NCBI GenBank assembly: GCA_045643205.1
Contig: JAZUKI010000010.1
Span: 1-64,000 of the forward strand
DNA from: Clostridia bacterium
GTDB lineage: Bacteria > Bacillota > Clostridia > TANB77 > CAG-508
Length of the DNA: 64,000 nt
Reading direction: 5' to 3'
Shown one piece after another: positions 51,060-61,400 of this stretch. Position numbers and translations under genes: made by a program. Every line of letters starts with the position of its first letter. Within the stretch, counting starts at the first letter, position 1. The notes under the pieces were generated by a model. It did no database searches, was not told the DNA's origin, and saw only the letters and a program-made list of their open reading frames with translations.

Positions 51060-51617
51060 ATGAAGAAACATATTATTTCAATTACAGGAGATTTAGCTAG
51101 TGGAAAAGGAACAGTATCATCATTATTGATTGATAGATTAAATTATACAGTTTATCGCAATGGTGAAGCTTTTAGAAACATGGCTAAAGAAAAGGGAATG
51201 GATGTAGTTGAATTTAATGAATATGTTGATAAGCATCCTGAAATTGATAGACAAATAGAAGCAAAAGCAACAGAATTTGCAGAAACACATGATAATTTTG
51301 TTATTGATGCAAGACTTGGTTGGTACTCTATTCCAAATTCTTTTAAAGTGTATTTAAAAGTTGATCTTGATGTTGCCGCTGAAAGAGCATATTGGGATGG
51401 AAGAAGAAAGAGTACAGAGAATTATAAAACAATACAAGAACAAAAAGAAAGTCTTCATAAGAGATCAAAACTTGAAAGAGAAAGATATAAGAAAATCTAT
51501 GGTGTTGAATTAACTGATATGAATAACTATGATTATGTTATTGATACTACAGAATATACACCACAAGTTATTTGTGAAAGAATCATAGAAAAATACAAAT
51601 TATGGTTAGAAGATTAA
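51060..51617 (+). CDS. Cytidylate kinase-like P-loop kinase (archaeal Cmk-like type)
   Basis: ISITGDLASGKGT, FR.MA.E.GM, ID.RL, RY...YG. Confidence 0.75.
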   Translation: MKKHIISITGDLASGKGTVSSLLIDRLNYTVYRNGEAFRNMAKEKGMDVVEFNEYVDKHPEIDRQIEAKATEFAETHDNFVIDARLGWYSIPNSFKVYLKVDLDVAAERAYWDGRRKSTENYKTIQEQKESLHKRSKLERERYKKIYGVELTDMNNYDYVIDTTEYTPQVICERIIEKYKLWLED

Positions 51618-51627
51618 TATAAAAATT

Positions 51628-51654
51628 AGGTGGGCGAAAGCCCATCTTTTTTTG
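51628..51654 (+). terminator. Intrinsic terminator
   Basis: ggtgggc-gaaa-gcccatc followed by T run. Confidence 0.75.
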
Positions 51655-51684
51655 TGCAAATATAAAAGTTAATATGGAGAGAAT

Positions 51685-52314
51685 ATGGAAAAAACAACGA
51701 TAAATATAAATGATAAAGATTATCCATTTTTGTTGAAACAAATAAACAATCCGCCTAAAGAAATATATGTGTATGGAAATTTTATTGATTTAAATCAAAA
51801 GATGGTAACAATAGTAGGAACAAGCTTTCCAACATATAGTGGAAGAAGAGAAACTAAAAGATTAGTAAAACGATTAGTAAAAAAGGGATATTGCATTGTA
51901 ACCTCATTTACACAAGGAGTAGATGAGGTAGTGTGTGAAACAACATTGGAAAATAATGGCAAAATACTAGTAGTAATTCCTGGAGATATTGAAAAAATCA
52001 GAAGTAAGAAGTATAGGGAAAAAATAAAACAAATTTTGGAAAAAAGTGGTAATGTAATAACTGAATATAACAGTTTTGAACAAGTTTCACCAGAAAAATA
52101 TATTGAAATAAATAGAATTTTATGTGGGTTGTCAAAAAGTTTAATAATAATCGAGGCTGGAATAGCAAGTGGCACAATGATTACAGCAGAATTTGCTTTA
52201 AATCAAAATAGAGAAGTATATGCACTGATAGGAAGTTTAAAATCAGCTAAAAAAGTAGGTACAAATTGTTTGATAAAAAGAGGTGCTAATCCAATAATTT
52301 CAACAGTTTTATAA
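51685..52314 (+). CDS. dprA: DprA/Smf-like protein, Rossmann domain only and divergent
   Basis: YP.LLKQI.NPP, IIEAG..SGTMITA.FAL.QNREVYA, N.LIKRGA. Confidence 0.7.
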   Translation: MEKTTININDKDYPFLLKQINNPPKEIYVYGNFIDLNQKMVTIVGTSFPTYSGRRETKRLVKRLVKKGYCIVTSFTQGVDEVVCETTLENNGKILVVIPGDIEKIRSKKYREKIKQILEKSGNVITEYNSFEQVSPEKYIEINRILCGLSKSLIIIEAGIASGTMITAEFALNQNREVYALIGSLKSAKKVGTNCLIKRGANPIISTVL

Positions 52315-52414
52315 AACTTTAAAAAAACCAAATTATTCCTCATTTTTCTTGTATTAATAAGTCGTTTGTAATATAATAGACACGATATTGTAAAAGATAT
52401 TTTAAGGAGGAATA

Positions 52415-55400
52415 ATGAAGAAATTTAATGGTGCACATAATAAGAAAAATCATCACAAAAATAATAAAATTCATAATTCAAAATCAAGTAAAATTAAGGA
52501 ACTATTAGAAGAGGAAGTAGAAAAGACAGATACTTCTGATATAGATGAAACAAAATTCTATGATACTGATGAATTAGAAAAAGAAATTGCTGATTTAAAA
52601 GTAAAAGATGATACTATTTCTATTAAAATCAGTGATATAGAAAAAGCAAAAAAGAATAAAGAGGAAGATAAAGAAAACGTTATAGAAGATATAGATAGCG
52701 ATTATTCAGCAACTGAAGAACTAGAGGATGATACAGAGTCAGATGATATTAAAGTTGTAAAATCTAATGATGAAAAAGAATCTAGTGATAAGAAAGAATC
52801 TGATGAAAAGGACATTAGTGAGAAGTCTGTAGAAGAAAATAATAGTGAAAAATCTGAAGATGATGAAATTGATGTACCTTTTACTACACATAAAAAGAAC
52901 AATGATAATAGATTTAAAGAGAAAAATCGTAGAATGAGTAAAAACAAAAAAACAAAGAGTAAAAGTAAAACAAAGAGCGAAGAAGTAGACGATAAAACAT
53001 ATAGAAAACCTAAAAATGTTAAAGCTTTAATTGCAAAAGAAAAAATACAAAATGGAAAGAAAAAGAAAAAACATAAGGTTTTAAAGAGAGTTATAAAAAT
53101 AATTCTTTCATTAATTTTAATTGGAATAGTTGCTGTAGCAGCATTTATCTTTGCTACATTTAATTCAGATAAGTGGTCAATCACAAGAGAACAACTTATG
53201 AGTGATGCAGGTGTTAAGATTTATGACGCTAATGGCGATATGATTCTTGAATTAACTGGTGATGAAATTAATAAAAAAGTTAAACTTGAAGATATGGGAA
53301 AAATTCCTGATGCATTTATATCAATTGAAGATGAAAGATTCTATGAACATAATGGAGTTGATATAAAGAGAACAGGTTCAGCAATTTTCAGTTTCATCTT
53401 ATCAGGTGGTAAAACTAATTTTGGTGGTAGTACAATTACTCAACAATTAGTAAAGATTACTATGAAAGATGATGATAGATCTGGTCTTGCAGGTGTTCAA
53501 AGAAAAATAAGAGAATGGTCAAGAGCAGTACACGTTGAAGAAATGTTAAGTAAAGATGAAATTCTACAAAGATACCTAAATAGAATTTATTTAGGCAATA
53601 GTGGAAGCTTGGAATTAAGAGGTGTAGAATCAGCATCAAATTACTACTTCAATAAATCAGCTAAAGATATTTCAATAGCACAAGCAGCATTTATAGCAGG
53701 TATTAACCATGCTCCAGGAGCTTATAATCCATTCAGCTCAGATGAAAAAGAAGTTCAAAAATGTAAAGATAGAGCTTTAACTGTTGTTGGAAAAATGCAT
53801 GAGTTAGGCAAGATAAATGATGAAGAATATAATACAGCAAAAGAAGAAATAAACAATGGTTGCAATTTCAGTAAAGGTGAAGTTTCAAATGGAAACAGTG
53901 AATTATCATATCATACTGCAGCTGCAATTGATGAAATAGCAACAGAGATAGCAAACAGAGATGAAATTCAATATTCTGAAGCTAGAGATATTCTTGTAAA
54001 TAGTGGATATAGTATTTACACAACTATTAATAAAAAAGCACAAGAAGGATTAGATAAAGTATTCTATAACAATGATTATATTGTTAGTGGTATTAGACCA
54101 AAGAATTATGATGCTGATCATAAAGGTCAATCAGCAATGGTTGTAATTGATCCAAAGACAGGTTATGTAGTAGCAGAAGATGGTGGTTTAGGTTCAAACC
54201 AAAATGCTTTAGGATTAAATAGAGGTTTATCACATAGACAAGGTGGTTCAGCATTTAAACCATTAGTTACTGTAGCACCTTCACTTGAAGCAGGAATAAT
54301 AACACCAGCAACTTTATTCTATGATGTAAAAACAACTTTTGGTCGTAGCTATACTGTAAATAATGATTCAAATAGTTATCACAATATTGAAAACATGAGA
54401 GGAGTATTAACTCATTCATGTAACGTACCAGAAGTAAAATTAATTAGCATATTAACACCAGAAAAATCATCTGAATTCCTAAATAGTATCGGAATTAAAG
54501 CTGATCCAGCAAACTATGGTTTATCTGCAGCACTAGGTTCTGTAGATGTTTCACCATTAGAAATGGCAGCTGGATATGCAATGATTTTAAATGGCGGAGA
54601 ATACATCGAACCAACATTCTATACAAAAGTTGTAAATCAAGATGGCGAAATTGTTATTGAAACAACTCAAGAAAGAAAGAGAGTAATGTCAGAACAAAAT
54701 GCTTACCTTGAAATTTCATTACTAACAGGACCAGTTAAGAGTGGTACTGCAAGTTCATTTGCAAGTTACTTAGGAAGTATGGGAGTAGCAGGTAAGACAG
54801 GTACAACAGAAACAGCACAAGATAGATGGTTTTGCGGAATGACACCTTACTATGCAGCAGCATGTTGGTATGGAAATGATAACAATAATGGACAATTTAG
54901 AGGAACAAACCCAGCAGCTAAAGTTTGGTTCCATTCAATGAAAAAGATAATTGAAGCATGTGGACAGGAAAATAAAGATTTTAGTAGACCAGATGGAATT
55001 GTTAGTAGAAGAGTTTGTAGACAAACTGGTAGATTAGCAGGATCAGAATGTACTGATACATATTCAGAAATTTTCAATGCAAATCAATTACCAAAAACAT
55101 GTGATGGTCACGGAAGTATGGAAAAGATAATGATTTGTAAAGAGTCTGGAAAAATTGCAACACCTAATTGCAAAGATGTTGAAGAAAAAACATTTGGATG
55201 TGCACTTGATACAGAAAGAGCAGCTACATGGAGTCCAAACTTAATGAAGAATGATGCACCTAAAGAAACATGTGATAAACATCCACTTGTAGAAATTGAA
55301 ATTCCAAACGTAATCGGTTTAACACAAAAAGATGCTGAAGAAAAATTAAAAGCAGCAGGTTTTATTGTAGAAGCTAAGAAAGGTATAGATGAAACTGGAA

Positions 55401-55648
55401 AGACTCCAAAAGGAAATGTTTATAAACAAGATCCAAATGGAAAGACAAAGGCGGAGCAAGGAGCAAAAATTATAATTGTTATATCTCAAAATGATTCAAC
55501 AACACCAGGCGAACCAACAAATACAACGACACCACCAACAAATACAACAACACCTCCAGCTAATACAACGCCACCAACAAACACAACAACACCTCCAGCT
55601 AATACAACACCAGCAAACACAACAACACCTCCAAAAAAAACAACTTAA
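52415..55648 (+). CDS. Class A penicillin-binding protein (transglycosylase + transpeptidase + PASTA)
   Basis: EDERFYEHNG, GGSTITQQ, SAFK, SCN, KTG motifs. Confidence 0.92.
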   Translation: MKKFNGAHNKKNHHKNNKIHNSKSSKIKELLEEEVEKTDTSDIDETKFYDTDELEKEIADLKVKDDTISIKISDIEKAKKNKEEDKENVIEDIDSDYSATEELEDDTESDDIKVVKSNDEKESSDKKESDEKDISEKSVEENNSEKSEDDEIDVPFTTHKKNNDNRFKEKNRRMSKNKKTKSKSKTKSEEVDDKTYRKPKNVKALIAKEKIQNGKKKKKHKVLKRVIKIILSLILIGIVAVAAFIFATFNSDKWSITREQLMSDAGVKIYDANGDMILELTGDEINKKVKLEDMGKIPDAFISIEDERFYEHNGVDIKRTGSAIFSFILSGGKTNFGGSTITQQLVKITMKDDDRSGLAGVQRKIREWSRAVHVEEMLSKDEILQRYLNRIYLGNSGSLELRGVESASNYYFNKSAKDISIAQAAFIAGINHAPGAYNPFSSDEKEVQKCKDRALTVVGKMHELGKINDEEYNTAKEEINNGCNFSKGEVSNGNSELSYHTAAAIDEIATEIANRDEIQYSEARDILVNSGYSIYTTINKKAQEGLDKVFYNNDYIVSGIRPKNYDADHKGQSAMVVIDPKTGYVVAEDGGLGSNQNALGLNRGLSHRQGGSAFKPLVTVAPSLEAGIITPATLFYDVKTTFGRSYTVNNDSNSYHNIENMRGVLTHSCNVPEVKLISILTPEKSSEFLNSIGIKADPANYGLSAALGSVDVSPLEMAAGYAMILNGGEYIEPTFYTKVVNQDGEIVIETTQERKRVMSEQNAYLEISLLTGPVKSGTASSFASYLGSMGVAGKTGTTETAQDRWFCGMTPYYAAACWYGNDNNNGQFRGTNPAAKVWFHSMKKIIEACGQENKDFSRPDGIVSRRVCRQTGRLAGSECTDTYSEIFNANQLPKTCDGHGSMEKIMICKESGKIATPNCKDVEEKTFGCALDTERAATWSPNLMKNDAPKETCDKHPLVEIEIPNVIGLTQKDAEEKLKAAGFIVEAKKGIDETGKTPKGNVYKQDPNGKTKAEQGAKIIIVISQNDSTTPGEPTNTTTPPTNTTTPPANTTPPTNTTTPPANTTPANTTTPPKKTT
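55514..55633 (+). repeat. Coding tandem repeat P[TA]NTT[T]P in the PBP tail
   Basis: About six 15-21 bp degenerate units. Confidence 0.8.
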
Positions 55649-55715
55649 TTAAAATTATGGAAGATGTTTCAAAAAAATTAAGAAATATTGAAAACAAGAT
55701 AAAGGAGAAATAAAT

Positions 55716-57116
55716 TTGCAAGACTTATTTTTATATAATACGCTAGGCAGAAAAGTTGAAAAATTTATTCCTGATGATAAAGATGAAGTAAGAATGTATA
55801 GCTGTGGACCAACTGTCTACAGCTATGCACATATCGGAAACTTTAGAGCTTATATTTTTAGTGATGTACTAAGAAGAGTTTTAAAATATAATGGATATAA
55901 CGTAAAAAGCGTTATGAATGTTACCGATGTTGGACACTTAACATCTGATGCAGATACAGGTGAGGATAAAATGGAAAAAGCTGCTCGTAAAGAGGGCAAA
56001 GATCCATATGAAATTGCTAAGTTTTATACAGATGCATTTTTAGTAGATTATGATAAGTTGAATTTGCAAAGACCAACAATCATAACTAAAGCAACAGAAA
56101 ATATTCCACAAATGATAGAAATGGTAAAAGAAATTATTGACAATGGATATGCATATGAAACTAGCAAAGGAATATATTTTGATGTTTCAAAATTAGAGCA
56201 ATATCCTGTTTTATCAAATAATGTTATTGAAGGACAAGAAGCAGGAGCAAGAATAGATGTTGATCCTGAAAAGAGAAATCCACAAGATTTTGCTATTTGG
56301 ATTAAAGCTCCAGAAAATCATATTATGAAATGGGATTCTCCTTGGGGCCCTTCATATCCAGGATGGCACTTAGAATGTTCTGTAATGGGAAGAAGATTTC
56401 TTGGTGAAAAGATGGATATTCATACAGGTGGAGTTGATCATATTCCAATTCATCATGAGAATGAAATTGCACAAGATATAGGATCATTTGGACATAATCC
56501 AGCTAATTATTGGATGCATGTGGAGTTCTTATTAGTAGATGGTGGAAAGATGTCAAAATCTTTAGGAAACATTTACACAATTTCAGATTTAGTTGAAAAA
56601 GGATATGAACCACTAGTATTTAAATTATTTAATTATACTTCAAGTTATAGAATTCAATTAAATTTTACATTTGAAGGAATGCAAGCAGCAAAAACTTCTT
56701 TAAACAGATTAAGAAGAGGATATGTTGCACACAAAGAAGCAAATGAATTAATTGATGAAAACACAATTAATGAGTATGAAACAAAATTTGTAAAAGCAAT
56801 TAACGATGATTTAAATATGCCACAAGCTATGAGTATTGTTTGGGAAATAATTAAGAGTGAGAAAAAATCTAAACAATTAGCAGACTTACTTTTAAAATTT
56901 GACCAAGTATTAGGATTAGATTTAGAAAAAAGTAAAGAATATTTAAATGAAAAAATAGACATTCCACAAGAGATACTTGATTTAGCAGAAGAAAGAAAAA
57001 TAGCTAAAGCTAATAAAGATTATGCTAAGGCAGATGAATTAAGAAATTTAATTAATTCAAAAGGATATTCAATAAAAGATAGTGCAGATGGAAATATCGA
57101 AATAACAAAGATATAA
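55716..57116 (+). CDS. cysS: Cysteine--tRNA ligase
   Basis: CGPTVY..AHIGN, PGWHLECS, KMSKS; TTG start with aaggag RBS. Confidence 0.95.
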   Translation: MQDLFLYNTLGRKVEKFIPDDKDEVRMYSCGPTVYSYAHIGNFRAYIFSDVLRRVLKYNGYNVKSVMNVTDVGHLTSDADTGEDKMEKAARKEGKDPYEIAKFYTDAFLVDYDKLNLQRPTIITKATENIPQMIEMVKEIIDNGYAYETSKGIYFDVSKLEQYPVLSNNVIEGQEAGARIDVDPEKRNPQDFAIWIKAPENHIMKWDSPWGPSYPGWHLECSVMGRRFLGEKMDIHTGGVDHIPIHHENEIAQDIGSFGHNPANYWMHVEFLLVDGGKMSKSLGNIYTISDLVEKGYEPLVFKLFNYTSSYRIQLNFTFEGMQAAKTSLNRLRRGYVAHKEANELIDENTINEYETKFVKAINDDLNMPQAMSIVWEIIKSEKKSKQLADLLLKFDQVLGLDLEKSKEYLNEKIDIPQEILDLAEERKIAKANKDYAKADELRNLINSKGYSIKDSADGNIEITKI

Positions 57117-57136
57117 AAGAAAAATGAGAGGTAACA

Positions 57137-58270
57137 ATGAAAAAAGATAGTGAAGAGAAAATAGTTACAAATTATAGTTTTTTGGAAAATTTAAAAATTT
57201 CAATTTTTAAATTTGATAAGTATTATGAAATTACACAACAAAAAACAAGAAAGATATTAGTATTTTTATTTGAACTAGTAGTATTAGTAACTCTTATTTT
57301 AACAGGAACAATAATTTTAAGACTAAATCAAACTTATGATTATGCATATAAATTCATACAAGACAATCTACCGGATTTTACCATAAGTAAAGATGGCTTC
57401 CATATGGATATAGAAGAGCCATTAATTTATAAAAATTCAGAATATTTTAATTCTGTTGCTATTTTTGATAATGGTGAAGATAATAAACAATATCTAGAAG
57501 AAGCTAACAATGGTAATTCAATATATATTGTAGTTACAAAAAACTCATTAATATTTAAAATACCAGGAGCTGTTACAACTGAATATAAATTCAATGACAT
57601 ATTTAAAGAGAAAAAAGTAGAAACAACTAATACAGATAACACAACAGAAAATGCAGTTGAGAACTCTACTGAGCAAACATTGGAGAACACAGCAGAAAAT
57701 AATAATGAACAAGAAAATACTGAGAAAAAAACAATTAATGAAATTAATAAGAAGTATCTTTTAGATTTATTTAATGAAGAAACAATGAAACAAACAATAG
57801 CAAATTTAGCATTGTACTTATTCTTATTATTATTCATATCTTTAATGATTATCTCATTATGCAATATTTTAGCATTATCAATTCTTGGATATGTTTTTGC
57901 AAAGATAATAAAATTACCATTTAAATATAGTAAGGTATTTAATATGTCAGTTGCAGCATCAGTATTACCAACTATCTTATTATGCATATATATGGTTATA
58001 AATATTTTAACAGGATTTGTAATTGCAAAATTTGACATACTATATTCAATAGTATCATATATTTATTTAGCAGCAGCATTATTAATATTAAGATCAAGTT
58101 TTGTAAAAACCCAAACTAAAAAAGAAGCAGTAGCTGAAGCAGGAAAAAATGTTGAAGTTACAATAGAAGATTCTGATGAAGCAGACGAAAATGATGAAAA
58201 TGATGAAACTGAAGATTCAGATGAAGAGGATTCAAGCGATGATGAAGATTCTGTTGAGACAGAAGATTAA
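57137..58270 (+). CDS. DUF1189-like membrane protein
   Basis: TM, extracellular loop (LPDFTI..DG), three further TMs, acidic tail. Confidence 0.6.
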   Translation: MKKDSEEKIVTNYSFLENLKISIFKFDKYYEITQQKTRKILVFLFELVVLVTLILTGTIILRLNQTYDYAYKFIQDNLPDFTISKDGFHMDIEEPLIYKNSEYFNSVAIFDNGEDNKQYLEEANNGNSIYIVVTKNSLIFKIPGAVTTEYKFNDIFKEKKVETTNTDNTTENAVENSTEQTLENTAENNNEQENTEKKTINEINKKYLLDLFNEETMKQTIANLALYLFLLLFISLMIISLCNILALSILGYVFAKIIKLPFKYSKVFNMSVAASVLPTILLCIYMVINILTGFVIAKFDILYSIVSYIYLAAALLILRSSFVKTQTKKEAVAEAGKNVEVTIEDSDEADENDENDETEDSDEEDSSDDEDSVETED

Positions 58271-58356
58271 TCAGATGAAAATAAATAAAATTGAAGATTC
58301 GGATAACGCAAAAGAAAAATAAAAAATAAAGAGAGCATAGTAAAGGAGTTTACATC

Positions 58357-60297
58357 ATGTCTGAAAATGAAGAATTAAACAAAAATAATTCTCAAGGTAA
58401 AAAGAAGAAAAACAATAAAAGAAAAAAGAAAAATATTAAAAAGACAATAATTGCAATTATCTTATTAATTTGTATTGGCGTTGGCGGATTTTTCTTAATG
58501 AAATTTGTAAATAATAAAAATGAAAAAGAAGAAAAGGCTACTTTAGCATATACAAAATTAATTGAAGATATTGATGCTGGAAAAGTTAAAAAAATTGAAA
58601 TGACTGAAGAGTCAACTACAGTTAAAGTAACATATAAGAATGAAGAAGAATTAGCCAATGGTGTTAAAGAATTACCAGAAGGCGAAAAAGAACCAGAACT
58701 AACTGATGAAGAAAAAGAAAAGTTAGTAAAAACAGCAAGAGTACCAAGCACAGAAGCATTCGTTACATTAATTCAAGAAAAAATTCAAGATGACAATAAA
58801 GAAAATGATGTATATTTAATCAAAAATAAAGAACCTGTTGTAGTAAGTATTTTTGAAGCTGTATTAAGATATTTACCTACAATTGTATTACTTGCAATGG
58901 TAGTATTACTATTCCAAATGAATGGTTTAGGTGAAAAAGGAAAAGTTTATGATCCAGATATAGATCATGATAAATTAACATTAGATGATGTTGCAGGACT
59001 TAAGGAAGAAAAAGGAGAAATGAAAGAAATAATTGATTTCTTAAAGAATCCTAAAAAATATTCTTCAATGGGTGCAAGAGTTCCAAAGGGAGTTTTACTT
59101 TGTGGAAAGCCAGGAACAGGAAAAACATTGATTGCAAAAGCAATCGCAGGTGAAGCTAATGTTCCTTTTATAAATATGAATGGATCAGAATTCGTTGAAA
59201 TGTTTGCTGGTTTAGGCGCATCAAGAGTTAGAAAATTATTTGAAAAAGCTGAAAAGATTTCACCATGTATTATTTTTATAGATGAAATCGATGCTATTGG
59301 CGCAAGAAGAGCAAGCACAAATGGCGCTGATACAGAGAACAATCAAACATTGAACCAATTACTTGTTAAAATGGATGGTTTTGATACAGATCAATCAATT
59401 ATAGTTATAGCTGCTACAAACAGACCTGAGATGTTAGATGAAGCATTATTAAGACCAGGAAGATTTGACAGAACAATAACAATTGGATTACCTGATGTTA
59501 CTGATAGAGAATCAATATTAAAATTGCATGCAAAGAATAAGAAAGTTGCAAAGGATGTAGACTTTAAATCAATTGCTGAAGATACAGCAGGATTTAGTGG
59601 AGCAGAACTTGCTAATATTTTAAATGAAGCTGCAATTATTGCTGCTAATAGAAATCATAAAGGCATAGACAATCAAGATATAGATGATGCTGTAAAGAAA
59701 GTTACAGTAGGACTAGAAAAGAAGGATAGAGTAATTTCTGAAAATGATAAGAAATTAACTGCTTATCATGAAGCTGGACATGCTGTAGTTAGCAGATATT
59801 TACCAACACAAAACAATGTTAAGGAAGTTTCAATTATTCCTCGAGGAGTTGCTGGTGGATATACAATGTACAGACAAAACGAAGATAAATGGTATATTTC
59901 TAAGACAGAAATGTTAGAAAAACTTATTTCATTGATGGGTGGAAGAGCTGGCGAAAAAATTGCTATGAATGATATTTCAACAGGTGCAAGCAATGACCTA
60001 GAAGTAGCAATGGGAATAGCTAGAGATATGATTACTAAATATGGTATGAGTGATAATGTTGGACCTATGTCATTAAATTTAGATGACAAACCATACGAAC
60101 ACCTACAACTTTTAGGCGAAAATATCGAAAATGAAATAGGTAACGAAATAAGAAAAATTCTTGATACTGCCTATGCTCAAGCACAATCAATACTTGTTGA
60201 ACATAGAGACAAATTAGAAGCAGTTACTGCTATTTTATTAGAAAAAGAGAAGATAAGCGAAGCTGAATTTAATGCTATATTTGAAGAAACATTCTAA
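58357..60297 (+). CDS. ftsH: ATP-dependent zinc metalloprotease FtsH
   Basis: [28 protein letters not shown]. Confidence 0.95.
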   Translation: MSENEELNKNNSQGKKKKNNKRKKKNIKKTIIAIILLICIGVGGFFLMKFVNNKNEKEEKATLAYTKLIEDIDAGKVKKIEMTEESTTVKVTYKNEEELANGVKELPEGEKEPELTDEEKEKLVKTARVPSTEAFVTLIQEKIQDDNKENDVYLIKNKEPVVVSIFEAVLRYLPTIVLLAMVVLLFQMNGLGEKGKVYDPDIDHDKLTLDDVAGLKEEKGEMKEIIDFLKNPKKYSSMGARVPKGVLLCGKPGTGKTLIAKAIAGEANVPFINMNGSEFVEMFAGLGASRVRKLFEKAEKISPCIIFIDEIDAIGARRASTNGADTENNQTLNQLLVKMDGFDTDQSIIVIAATNRPEMLDEALLRPGRFDRTITIGLPDVTDRESILKLHAKNKKVAKDVDFKSIAEDTAGFSGAELANILNEAAIIAANRNHKGIDNQDIDDAVKKVTVGLEKKDRVISENDKKLTAYHEAGHAVVSRYLPTQNNVKEVSIIPRGVAGGYTMYRQNEDKWYISKTEMLEKLISLMGGRAGEKIAMNDISTGASNDLEVAMGIARDMITKYGMSDNVGPMSLNLDDKPYEHLQLLGENIENEIGNEIRKILDTAYAQAQSILVEHRDKLEAVTAILLEKEKISEAEFNAIFEETF

Positions 60298-60321
60298 AAA
60301 TGGAAAAATATTGCAAAAACA

Positions 60322-60351
60322 TTGACTTGTAAGCTTATTTTGGTGTATAAT
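60322..60351 (+). promoter_or_regulatory. Promoter of rplU-rpmA
   Basis: TTGACT-18-TATAAT. Confidence 0.65.
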
Positions 60352-60357
60352 AGTTCA

Positions 60358-60442
60358 CGTGTAAACCGCCTAGGTCGGGCTACTAAATTCTAATTAAATT
60401 TTTATTTGATTAGATGCCTTGTATTTCAAGCTTAGCGAGTAT
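60358..60442 (+). ncRNA. Putative ribosomal protein L21 leader RNA
   Basis: Relatively GC-rich 5' UTR of rplU bounded by accgc...gcgagt; position matches the Bacillota L21 leader. Confidence 0.55.
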
Positions 60443-60465
60443 GAGAAAAAGGAGGATCAAACCCC

Positions 60466-60777
60466 ATGTACGCAATCATCGAAAGTTGTGGAAAACAATA
60501 CAAAGTTTCTGAAGGCGACGTAGTTTTCTTTGAAAAATTAGACGTTGAAGAAGGAAAAACAGTATCATTTGATAATGTTGTATTAGTTTCAGACGAAAAA
60601 GATGTTAAAATTGGAACACCTTATGTAAAAGGTGCAAAAGTTGAAGGTACTGTAGTTGCTCACGGAAAAGGAAACAAGATTTTAGTATACAAATACAAAG
60701 CAAAGAAAAACTACAGAAGAACTCAAGGACACAGACAACCATACACAAAGGTTGAAATTAAATCAATCGTTGGTTAA
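60466..60777 (+). CDS. rplU: 50S ribosomal protein L21
   Basis: MYAIIE..GKQYKV, GHRQPYT. Confidence 0.96.
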   Translation: MYAIIESCGKQYKVSEGDVVFFEKLDVEEGKTVSFDNVVLVSDEKDVKIGTPYVKGAKVEGTVVAHGKGNKILVYKYKAKKNYRRTQGHRQPYTKVEIKSIVG

Positions 60778-60848
60778 TCTGTTTAACTAAAATTTTAAAA
60801 TCTATATTCAAATTAGAATAAAATAATTGTAAAGGAGAGTGAGAACTT

Positions 60849-61181
60849 ATGGCACATCATAAAGGTCAAGGTAGTACCGATAACGGACGTGATAGTGAGA
60901 GCAAGAGACTTGGTATGAAAAGAGCAGATGGACAATTAGTTCAAGCTGGAAATATTCTTTTTAGACAAAGAGGAACAAAGATTCATCCTGGAACAAATGT
61001 AGGAATCGGAAGCGATGATACATTATATGCATTAATTACAGGAACAATGAAAGTTGAAAGACTTGGAAGAGATAAAAAGAAAATTAGCGTATATCCTGTA
61101 GAGGAAGCTAAGAAAGTTACACCAGCTAAGAAACCAGTTGCAAAGAAAACAGCTACAAAAGCTGCTAAAGTTGAAGCTTAA
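60849..61181 (+). CDS. rpmA: 50S ribosomal protein L27
   Basis: [29 protein letters not shown]. Confidence 0.95.
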   Translation: MAHHKGQGSTDNGRDSESKRLGMKRADGQLVQAGNILFRQRGTKIHPGTNVGIGSDDTLYALITGTMKVERLGRDKKKISVYPVEEAKKVTPAKKPVAKKTATKAAKVEA

Positions 61182-61211
61182 TTAAGTTAAAATAAATGCT
61201 TTTATAAGCAT

Positions 61212-61242
61212 GGGGGAGAAATTAAATTTCTCTCCTTTTTTT
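61212..61242 (+). terminator. Intrinsic terminator after rpmA
   Basis: gggggagaaat/atttctctcc followed by T run. Confidence 0.75.
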
Positions 61243-61400
61243 GTGTTAATTAGAAAACGTGAAATATTACAGAATAGCCACATAAAAGCATTTTAAAATA
61301 CAAATGTTTGTAACAAAAAATAAATATTACTATGGTAGTATATAAAGTGAATTTTTATATAAAAAACATATATAAAATAAAAAAGATGAAGGAAATAAAA

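Noticed and set aside
55649-55715. T-box leader before cysS (and before trpS)
   Set aside because: Intergenic space is too short and no T-box consensus is visible
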